Positions 1 to 8,535 of a stretch of 21,455 nucleotides of DNA are shown here, piece by piece. The position numbers and the translations under genes are program-made. The stretch comes from Saprolegnia diclina VS20 (Eukaryota). The notes below the pieces were generated by a model. That model was not told the DNA's origin and made no database searches. It was given only the letters and a program-made list of their open reading frames with translations. The stretch lies in NCBI RefSeq assembly GCF_000281045.1, contig NW_008246083.1, forward strand, positions 190,906 to 212,360, read 5' to 3'. The stretch's first letter is position 1. Each line of letters starts with the position of its first letter.

Positions 1-646
1 AATCGAGTCGACAAGCGTCTTGAAGCCATTGCACTGGACGACGACTGGAACGTTGACGATCGCGAGCTCCCGAAGCGACTCGAGGGCGACGCGCCGGAGG
101 TTGTCTTCCTTGTGGTTGGCGATGGCGACGATGGAGCGGCAGAGACACGACGGCATTTGGGTCCCGTCAATCTCGAGGACGCGGCGCGCGACCTTGAGCG
201 CCTGGATGCGCTCGCCCACGAGCTTGGCATCGCGCTCCATCGATCGAGACACGAAGAGCTGGACGCCCTAATGCAGCACACGCATGAGCACCGCTACGAG
301 AACACGAGGATGTCGATGGACTGTACGAGCGTGAGGGCGTTGGTGATCGACGAGCTGTTGATCATCGAGTAGCGCAGCACGCGCAGGGCCGCCGTGCGGA
401 TGGACGTGTCGTTGTCGGCGAAGAGGCCGCGTGCGGAGTACTGGATGCGCTCGACGGGGAACTGCTCGAGCAGCAGCGGATCTTTCTTCATCTCCTGTGC
501 ATGCATGGCGAAGATGAGGCCATGTCCATGGAGAGCAAGCGTACGTAGGTGAGGCGGCCGGCGGTCTCGAGCTTGGCCCGGCGGTCGAGGCCCCCGCGGT
601 CGAGGAGCTTGCACGTCGTCTCGAGCACCTGGTACGGGGTCATCAT
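1..646 (-). CDS. RICTOR: Rictor (TORC2 subunit) homolog, 5' part; gene continues beyond the left window edge
   Basis: Exons 646-545, 494-327 and 267-<1 join in frame through phase-0 introns 544-495 (GTACGC..CAG, 50 nt) and 326-268 (GTACAG..TAG, 59 nt). The product MMTPYQVLE...IRTAALRVLRYSMI...GVQLFVSRSMERDAKLVGERIQALKVARRVLEI...SIVAIANHKEDNLRRVALESLRELAIVN...NGFKTLVDSI matches the RICTOR_N armadillo-like motifs (ERxQALK, DxLRxxxLExLxE). The start codon is the first in-frame ATG and is not proven. Confidence 0.85.
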
Positions 647-688
647 CGTCTCGTTGTCGTCGTCGGTAGACTCGGTGCAAATGCTTTG

Positions 689-786
689 GCCAATCGGCGA
701 TGGCCACTTTCCTCTTTTTAGCCAATCCGAAGCGGCGCGTCGGTCGTTGCACACTCGCCACGACCATGACCCATGCCACGACCAAT
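689..786. promoter_or_regulatory. Cluster of three CCAATC boxes upstream of the Rictor start
   Basis: CCAAT at 690-694, 722-726 and 782-786, each followed by C, lies 45-140 nt upstream of the proposed ATG. CCAAT is a known oomycete promoter element; function here is inferred. Confidence 0.4.
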
Positions 787-1065
787 CCACAAGCACCTGT
801 GCCCAACTACTGCGTACTAGTAGACGGAGAAGCTGCAGTCACACCGCTTCGCCATGGACTATGTGTGGCATGATTTGGATTCCTTGGGCAGATCATGCGA
901 ATCGCTGCGAGGAATGGCGTCGGACTACCGAGGGAGCTTGCGGCCCCGCCTGGCAAGATTCAATCGCCAAGATGCAGTGCCATAGGATGTGCAAGAAGAA
1001 ATGGAGGCGACAAAAATGAACCGCGGCAAGGCGGCTGCGGTGGCGATAAATTATGCGGAAGCTAA

Positions 1066-1926
1066 CTACGAGTCGATGCCGTACTTCTTGGGGATGCCAG
1101 CGTGGAAGCTTTCGGGGCCGCCGAGGATGATCCCACCGGCTCGCACTTCATGCGACTCGTCGGCGAGAATCCGGCCGGCAAGAAGGCGCACGAGAATGTC
1201 GTCAAGGGCCGCGACTTCGTACGCCGTGTACGGGTACTTGGCGCAGACAGCGAGCTCGGACGGGTACAGCGAGAGGAGGAGACCGTCTTCGACGAGGCTC
1301 TTGATGACGTTCTTGCAGCCCCGAAGCGTCGTGATCGGCGTGTACGTGCGGAGGTGGAACTGCTTGCACGATGCCTTCATGTCAATGGGCGCAAACTCGG
1401 TCGGGTGCAACTGCATGAGCTGCTTGAACATCGACTCTTGGCAGTACGGGAAGCTCGAGATGTTGAGGCGCGGCAGTGCGTTGTCGCGGAGCTGGCACTG
1501 CGTGAGCTTCTCGGACCACGTGAGGTTCTGAACGACCGTCGTCGCGCGGACCGCGAGCGTGTTGGTCGGGACGCATGCATTCGACTTGGGCCATTGTCCA
1601 CGAGCGCAGTCCCGCCACAGCATGACGGGCAGAGGTGCATTGGCACGCAAGATGAAGATGAAGAGGAAGAAGAGAAACAAAATCGCGGGCAGCGAAAACA
1701 CCATAAAGATGGCCCGCGGGTTGAGCTTGGCGGTCGGCGCGGTGCTCTTCATGACATAATACTGCGGCTTGATCTCACGCTCGATGGGTTTCCACTTGGT
1801 CGGAAGCGGCGACCGGATGCCGCTCGACTCGTCCTCTTCCGGGATCGGTTGCAAGTTGCCCATGCTGCCATAGTTGTTCGATGCGAGGCCCGTTGGCTTC
1901 AAGGTCGTCGACGCTGCCCAGTTCAT
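1066..1926 (-). CDS. Type II membrane protein (286 aa) with a degenerate, truncated GH3 beta-xylosidase-like N-terminal domain
   Basis: Single ORF from MNWAAS at 1926, with a ~70-aa hydrophilic N-tail and a 22-aa TM helix AIFMVFSLPAILFLFFLFIFIL (1713-1648). It continues DCARGQWPKSNAC-VPTNTLAVRATTVVQNLTWSEKLTQCQLRDNALPRLNISSFPYCQE, which follows the GH3 xylosidase N-terminal pattern DCxxGx7C-x8-RA-x7-TxxEK...PRLxI...E. Confidence 0.7.
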   Translation of the reverse strand: MNWAASTTLKPTGLASNNYGSMGNLQPIPEEDESSGIRSPLPTKWKPIEREIKPQYYVMKSTAPTAKLNPRAIFMVFSLPAILFLFFLFIFILRANAPLPVMLWRDCARGQWPKSNACVPTNTLAVRATTVVQNLTWSEKLTQCQLRDNALPRLNISSFPYCQESMFKQLMQLHPTEFAPIDMKASCKQFHLRTYTPITTLRGCKNVIKSLVEDGLLLSLYPSELAVCAKYPYTAYEVAALDDILVRLLAGRILADESHEVRAGGIILGGPESFHAGIPKKYGIDS

Positions 1927-3074
1927 CGCTTTGGTGGATATGTATGCGATGGCTGTACAGAGGTGCAAACGGTGCGTGGGCTAGGTACGTGCGAAGCTTC
2001 GTTGGCGTCGGCTACGAGGGCGAGGAGGGCGGAGCGTTCGAAGCTGCGGCGCCGCCTCAAGGCAAGGAGCAAATGCAAAACTGCTGTCACGAGGATATCG
2101 CACACAACCCGTGGGTGGAAAAGAAATACAGTGTTCTTTTTCGCCCATTTTTAACTTGCAATACAAAAGCCAAGTCCAACGCATCGTTTTTTATTGCGCG
2201 CAGCAGAAACTTCTCACCAGTGAAGCCACGGCCCAGGAAACGAGCCAATCAGACGTCGCCAGATCCGTCGACGACCAATCCGCGCGCGTTCATCGGCCGC
2301 CAACCTTCGAAATTTATGCGTCATCCCGTGACAAGGCATCGAGTTTCGCAGGTGGCATCAGATATCACGGTGCGCCAGTGCGACAGTAACGGGAGATTCA
2401 TGAGGCGAGGTGACGCCGACGACGACGCTGGGAGGGCAGGCTTGGGTAAGCAGAGGATGTGGCCGGTGGTGTGTCACGGTCGCTGCCGTGTGGCCAGCGC
2501 TGCGTCACGACCGAACTTGAACATGGCCCCCCGCCTCGCTCGCTGATCGGCGGCTGCCGGCTGGCGTTCGGGCGTCCTTGCTCGCAGCGGAGTGTGCGGC
2601 CATCGCACGCCCAAGGAGCCGCAAACTGGGAGGATCGTCCACACCAACGATCCGTCAATGGATGATGAAGCAGTGCGGCACAGTCATAGGTACATGCCGG
2701 CGTTCGACGCTAAAGTGCAATCTCGCGGGCGGGACAGGGCGGCTACTACCGGTACGGTATTGCGGGCAAGCCGATGCTGGTGGTTGCGGGAGTAGGATTA
2801 CGAGGCAAATGACTCATCGGAGCCGAGTCGTCGACGTGGGACCCCGCGATTGGTAGTGACGGGCTGCGCATGAGAGGCCGATGCGGGACTAAGACGGCGA
2901 GAGCCTCACACGAGCGCGCGGCTGCAACCATGGCCGGCAGTATAGGACAAGCGTCGGTCGCACGCACACGCACCTGGCTCAAGGAACAAGGCCAGGAGCA
3001 GGATGGGCGGGTGCATTTTGGCTGGCGATGTAGATACCGTCGCCAGCTGCGCTCCGCTGACCCGATCGACGTGC

Positions 3075-3258
3075 TTTCGAGAATCAAACGTGTCGGCGAA
3101 GATTCGAGGTTTGCCCTCGCCAAGCTCGTCACGACGGGGCACTGCTCGCCCGTGCCACGCGGCACGGCATCGAACAAGATCGTCCTTTTTTCTATTTTCG
3201 AACTCGAAATCCTGGATCCAGCATTTTCGAGAACCTTGTCGAAACAGCGTTTCGAGAA
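3075..3258. promoter_or_regulatory. Heat-shock-element-like nTTCnnGAAn repeats upstream of the CFAP161-like gene
   Basis: TTTCGAGAA occurs at 3075-3083, 3225-3233 and 3250-3258. The stretch 3226-3243 reads TTC-ga-GAA-cc-TTG-tc-GAA with 5-bp phasing. Confidence 0.35.
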
Positions 3259-3299
3259 ACCGGCGGCGGTCGGTGGTTATTTGGCCAAGCGTCGCGTCC

Positions 3300-4852
3300 A
3301 TGCAGTTCACACCCCAGCAACTCGTCGGCGCCGGCCGCTACAGCGCGACGACGCGCATTGGCAACTGGAATGAAGACCTCATGCTCGAGGAAGCGCGCAT
3401 GAAGGACTACCGCGTCCAGAAGCAAAAAGGCGGGCTGGGCACCGCCCACCGCCAAAAGATGGAGCAAGCGAACGGCCGCGTGCCCCACTCGTTTGCGGAC
3501 GACGGCATCTTGCGCTTCAACATGTATTTGACGCTCGAGCATCTCCAGACCGGCGGCGTCCTGGCCTGCGACGTGTGGGAGGAGACGTTCACCGGCTCCG
3601 GTGAGTTTGTCGTGAGCGTCGGGCGACCGCCGAGCGCCGCCTCGGCGCGCACCACGTTTTGCATCGTCTCGCCGACAGGGCAGAGTGGCATTGTCCGGTA
3701 TGGCGACCCGTTCCGGCTCATGGCCAACGAAGCGCTGCGCGTTGACCGCGACTCGCTCTTGCCCATGCTCTTTCTCAAATCCAATCTCAAAACCGAGCGC
3801 AGCATGAGCCCCGTCTCGTCCAACCAGAACGTCACGCTGTCCGTGACACCCGACACGTCAACGCTCTGGGTCGCGACACGGGCCGACGTTGGCGGTGCGG
3901 AGAAGCTGCTCGCGACGTCGATGCCCGTGAGCACCGCCGATGGCATTGGCATAATGCACAAGATGACCGGACACCTCCTCTTTGCCGACGCCAAGAACAG
4001 CGTCGCGACCGACTTTGGCTCGGAAACCGAGGTGTGCTGCCTCACCGTGAAAGGTCACGGCAAGTGCTTCAACCTTGCGCACGAAGCAGCGGGCGCGCGG
4101 ACGCCAGACATGCATGCGCGCAGTGCGCTCTCGCAGAATGCGTGGCGTTTCGTCTTGGCGACGTCCCCGCAGGCCGCCGCGGACACCCGCCGTCTCCCCG
4201 CACCGTCGACGCCAGCTTCGGTTGCGTACCTCCTCGTGCAGGCGCTGACAACGCAGCATGTGTTTGGCTTGCGCCAGCTCGTGCAGTCGCTGCAGATTGT
4301 CGATGCCAGTGGTGGCTCGGGACTCATGGACCGCGAGGACCTCAAATGGGCGATCAAGGCCTGCGAGGCCGAAGCCAGCGTAGGTCTTCGCGACGACCAA
4401 TACGACACGCTCCTCAACGCTTTGGATGACGTACGATTGTTGCTCTCAGTTGCACCCGTTCATCTTGCATAGGGCAAGAAGGGCTTTGTCAAGGTGACCC
4501 GCTTCATCGAGCTCGTGCGCGGACCGCTCTCGGACGCTCGCAAAGGCATGATCAACCAGACGTACGATGCAGTCTCCAGCGGTCTCGGCGGCGCCGTGAC
4601 GCTTTCCGCGCTGGCGAAAGCCTACGACGCGGGCTGCGAGTCGGCGTTCCGCAGCACCCGGGCAGTGGACTTTATGGCCCTTTGGACGACCACGGTAGTC
4701 AACTGCTGCGGCTGGCGACTAAGGAGATCGCGTAGGACGCGCGCGGCGTCATCACCCGCAACGAGTTCCTCGACGTGTACAAGGACGTATCGCGCGCCGT
4801 CGACGACGACAGCATGTTCGAGCAGCTCCTCAAGAATGCGTGGGGCGTCTAA
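3300..4852 (+). CDS. CFAP161: CFAP161-like flagellar protein fused to a C-terminal calcyphosin-like EF-hand region (489 aa)
   Basis: Exons 3300-4430, 4473-4694 and 4736-4852; phase-0 introns 4431-4472 (42 nt) and 4695-4735 (41 nt). The N-terminus YSATTRIGNWNEDLMLEEARMKDY...DGILRF...VRYGDPFRL...FGSETEVCC...QNAWRF is CFAP161-type. The C-terminus GLRQL..DASGGSGLMDREDLK...FIELVRGPLSDARKGMI...ITRNEFLDVYKDVSRAVDDDSMFEQLLKNAW is calcyphosin-type. Confidence 0.88.
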
Positions 4853-5325
4853 AGAACACTGTTCTGGAATTCCACGCCAAACGCTGTTTGTAATACATTA
4901 CAAAACGACAACGCTACATACAAACATCGATATACATGTATTGAAAACATAAAAATACGCCAAACAGCGGTCCACGTCCTTGCACCAATACCGTCTCAAT
5001 TCGCAGCTCCGGCTGCCGTGGTCGGGCCACGCGGTGTCATCGACTGTATCGGTCTCCCTACTCATTTCGACGTGGTAGATGAAGGAGCTTGCGGTGCTTT
5101 CACCTGCAATGTAATGCGCCAAGAACTATGATTACTCTGGCGGCGTAAGAGAGCTCGTAGATGGACGATTAAGAGGCCGGCATGCCATTGAATGAGACGA
5201 AATCGATAATTACCATCCAGTTGAGACAGATAAAAGAAGTAGTTGGAGCGGAGTGTTTTCGGATTTGATTGGTGCAAAGTGGCAGGCAAGGAAACCCTGC
5301 AAGCATTTTGGATCCGACGCCAACG

Positions 5326-7226
5326 ATGAACTCGCGCGACGCAGGCTACGGCGGTCCCAGCGCCCGTGACGCTGGCTACGGTGGTCCTAGCCCTCGGGAT
5401 GCTGGCTATGGCGCTCCGGCGCCTCGAGATGCGGGCCACGGCGGCCGGGACGCAGGCTATGGCGGCCCCAACGCCCAGCGGGATGCCGGGTACGGAGCTC
5501 CGACAGGCTCGCGCGACGCTGGTTACGGTGGGCGCGACGCGGGCTATGGCCGACGTGACGAAGGATACGGTCAGCCCGATTTGCGGGACAACCCTCGGGA
5601 CGCATCTGGTTACGGCAGTGGTTACACGGGACTCAACCAGCCACCGCCGCCGCGACAAGCCAGCGGGAGCCAAGCGCCGCGACCGCAATATACAAAGCCC
5701 GCACAACCACCAGCGTATGCGTCCAACAACGTCGCGCCACCGCCGCAGTATCCAGGTGCGCAGCCGCCTCGCCATCACATGCACATGCCGCCCCACTACG
5801 CGAACGCGCCGCCGCACCATCACGCGGGGCCGCATAATCACCACGTCGGTGGCCATGCACCCCCTCCGCACCACCGAGCGGGTGCTGCGCCGGGTCCGTA
5901 TTACCCTCCCCCTCACATGGCGCACCACGCCCCCCCGCGCATGCAGCCACCGCCGCACTTTGACCCGACGTACCACATGCATGGCCCGCCGCGGGGGCCT
6001 CACCCGCCGCCACCCAACGCGCCGATGATGTACCACCACCAGATGCCTCCGCACCACCACGCGCACGGCCCTCCTGGCATGTATCCGCCACTTCCGGCCG
6101 CGAATGGGATGTACCCCCCGGGGTATGCGCCGCCGGGGCCAGGCCCGTCGATTCCTCCGATGAGCTACGTATGCCGCAAGTGCAACATGGGCGGTCACTG
6201 GATACACGACTGTATGAAGAAATCGGGACCTTCGAACGCGGCGCCGCGGACGGCCAAGCCTGCGCTGCCCACGTACGTAATTACCCCCTTGTCGCGACGC
6301 ATTCGATGGGTTGCGTAGGGCGCCAGGCGACATGCCGTTCCATTGTGAGCCCTGCGAGAAGCATTTTGCGCTCGCATCCCAGCACGAAGCGCACATGAAC
6401 ACGCACGAGAGCTGCTGGGCGCCCGACTGCGACTTTAGTGCGTGCAAGCGCGTCGTGACAGCTCATTACCAGACAAGCCACGGTCAGTTTGCAGGCTCGG
6501 GCTTGAAGGAGATTGAGGTCGAGGGCCAAAAGTTCAACGTGCTCGTTGGCAACTCGCCCGAAGAAATCGCCAAGTGGCGCGAAGAGCGGCGAAAGAAGTG
6601 GCCGTCGGACGCTGTCGTCAAGCGCAAGGTACGACGCGCCCTCGACCCTTTCTGGAATCGACTGCATGCTCGCATTAGCTGGAAGACAACGAGGAACGTG
6701 TCCAAGCCGGGGATGTCGTCGCACCCGCGGCCAAGCGCGCCAAGTCCGCAATGGAAAAACCAAAGAACACGGTGCGCAAGGAGGGCGGAACCGCCGCCAC
6801 ATACTCGTATTTGACTAGGACTCGCCCAATGGTACGAAGAAGAGCTCCAAGTTTTGCGTCAAGTACATCCGCAACGTGTGCGACCTGGGTGACAAGTGCG
6901 CGTTCAACCACGACATTAGTGTACACACTATTCGCCGTACGAAATGGGGCACTCGACAGCGTGACTAGGGCGTGAGCTGCAAGACGTTTTCTACCAAGGG
7001 CTTTTGCCGGCGCGGCGACGAGTGCAAGTTTATGCATGCCGAGGGCGGCGCCAAGCCCAAGCCTGTGGCCAAGGCGCCCAAGACGGCGGCGGCGCAGGTC
7101 AAGGAGCACAAGAGCTCGCTCTTGAGCAAGCTCCTCGAGAAGGACGTGGAGAAGGAGCAACGGCTCATGCTCCAGGCGTTCCGGTACATTGTCGAGCACG
7201 ACTTTTTTGCTTCGAGTTCGGCCTAA
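5326..7226 (+). CDS. NUFIP1: NUFIP1/Rsa1-like box C/D snoRNP assembly factor with multiple zinc fingers and a low-complexity N-terminus (569 aa)
   Basis: Exons 5326-6272, 6319-6628, 6679-6771, 6819-6920 and 6969-7226; introns of 46, 50, 47 and 48 nt, all GT..TAG and frame-consistent. Motifs in order: CCHC knuckle [17 protein letters not shown]2H2 CEPCEKHF...HMNTH, a second C..C..H..H finger, the NUFIP1 motif [18 protein letters not shown], two CCCH fingers, and C-terminal [31 protein letters not shown]. Confidence 0.85.
5335..5616 (+). repeat. Coding peptide repeat RD[A/E]G[Y/H]G, nine copies plus one degenerate RDASGYG
   Basis: Read directly from the translation [79 protein letters not shown]...RDASGYG. 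Confidence 0.95.
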
Positions 7227-7277
7227 GCGCTTATTCTAGTTCTTCTTACTTATGTCATTCTTGCGACAAATATGATC

Positions 7278-8072
7278 TCAGGCCCGCGCGCGCAGGTAGT
7301 CGGCAATGGCGTGGAACCCCCCGGCGTCGGCCTGCGGGATGGCAAAGCGCGTGAAGCCTTCGGTGCGGTGTTCGCAGAGGAAGCGCACAATCATCTCGTG
7401 GCCCGCCGTCGCGGCGCGGTCGATGGCGTCGCCGGTGCAGCCCTCGGTTCGGTGCTCATGCAGGAAACGAACAATGTCCATGTGGCCATTGCCGGCCGCG
7501 GCGTTCATTGCGCGGTACGTGCACCCTTCGGACCGATGGGTATGGAGGTACTGGACGACGGCCATGTGCCCTTTGCCGGCCGCCCAATCCATCGCTCGGG
7601 TGGTGCAGCCTTCGGTTCGCTCTTGCTGGAGGAACTCGAGCACATCAAGGCGACCCCACGCACAGGCCCAGTCCATTGCGCCGGTCGTGCAGCCCTCGCG
7701 CCGGTGGTCGTGGAGGAAGCGGAGGACGTCCATGTGCCCCCAGCATGCGGCCTGGTCCATGGCTTCCACCGTGCACGCAATGCCTTGGTCGTGGAAGAAG
7801 CGGACGGCGGCTAATGCGCCGATGCGCGCCGCCGCGTCCATGAGCTGCGGCGTAAAGACGCTCGGGTCGTGGCGCCACAGGAGCCGCAAGAGCGGCAGAC
7901 CGGGCTCGTCCAGCGCCAAGTGGCGCAGAAAGGTCACGTGGTCCATGTGACGCGACCGGTTCCAGGCGCGGAGAGCGACAAGGAGCGCGGCTGGCGTCCC
8001 ATTCTGGTAGCGACCAATGTGAATGACGAGGTCCGGCGTCCGCAGCACGACGGCTATCGCACTGTTGTCCAT
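7278..8072 (-). CDS. Ankyrin-repeat protein with 28-aa GCTxxAMDxAAxxGH units (264 aa), of the type expanded in oomycetes
   Basis: Intronless ORF with about five tandem 84-nt/28-aa units, e.g. GCTTRAMDWAAGKGHMAVVQYLHTHRSE and GCTYRAMNAAAGNGHMDIVRFLHEHRTE, plus degenerate flanking units. Confidence 0.9.
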   Translation of the reverse strand: MDNSAIAVVLRTPDLVIHIGRYQNGTPAALLVALRAWNRSRHMDHVTFLRHLALDEPGLPLLRLLWRHDPSVFTPQLMDAAARIGALAAVRFFHDQGIACTVEAMDQAACWGHMDVLRFLHDHRREGCTTGAMDWACAWGRLDVLEFLQQERTEGCTTRAMDWAAGKGHMAVVQYLHTHRSEGCTYRAMNAAAGNGHMDIVRFLHEHRTEGCTGDAIDRAATAGHEMIVRFLCEHRTEGFTRFAIPQADAGGFHAIADYLRARA

Positions 8073-8535
8073 GGCGCCGCAAATCGAAAGTGCTCCCAGC
8101 TTGGTGCCAGGATGACCTGCATTCTTGGGTGCTACCTCTGATAATTGATACTTGCTTCAGCTTCAGCCTTGTATCGATTGTATTCTCGCCACGATACCTC
8201 AAACAGAACTATCATGACGAAGAAAGAGTCCATTCAAGGCTGCGGCTATCGACTCCGAGTTTGGTTTGGCATGAAGCTTCAAGCTCTCCCAACTCTTGTT
8301 CCTTCCACCTGTGCCGCTCTATCCGGACAGGAATGATTGTCCAAAACCTTTGAAAAAGGATACTCGCCGTGGTCGCGACGAGCCAACGCGGGCTCTGCGC
8401 TCGTGCTGTGAGTTCTGCACACTGCGTCGAATAGATATAGGAGTGCCCTACGCCTCATTTTGGCCTGCTGATGCGCTATCCAATGCCTCTTTTTACGACG
8501 GTGACTTCTCAAAACCTCTCAAATTGATTTGAATA

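Noticed and set aside
893..1084. Possible extra intron 1084-1035 (GTACGG..CAG, 50 nt) extending the GH3-like gene to a stop at 895-893
   Set aside because: Size and donor fit the local intron style, but the added ~46 aa show no GH3 or other recognisable motif and the unspliced ORF has its own stop. Left unresolved without RNA-seq.
1102..2154. 350-aa plus-strand ORF
   Set aside because: Antisense shadow of the GH3-like gene; its EDEEEEEK run is the reverse complement of the Phe/Leu/Ile TM codons.
1927..3299. Many overlapping short ORFs in the 1.4-kb divergent intergenic region, including the 99-aa upstream extension of ORF 3003-4472
   Set aside because: Arg/Ser/Ala-rich random-looking translations with no motif and no consistent exon chain; CFAP161 similarity starts only at ATG 3300.
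5335..5616. Repeat-spacer-like DNA pattern that could be taken for a CRISPR array
   Set aside because: The units differ at synonymous positions, sit in frame within a spliced eukaryotic gene, have spacers far too short, and no cas genes are present.
5062..6447. 461-aa minus-strand ORF with Arg/Val-rich repeats
   Set aside because: Antisense reading of the low-complexity NUFIP1-like exon 1.
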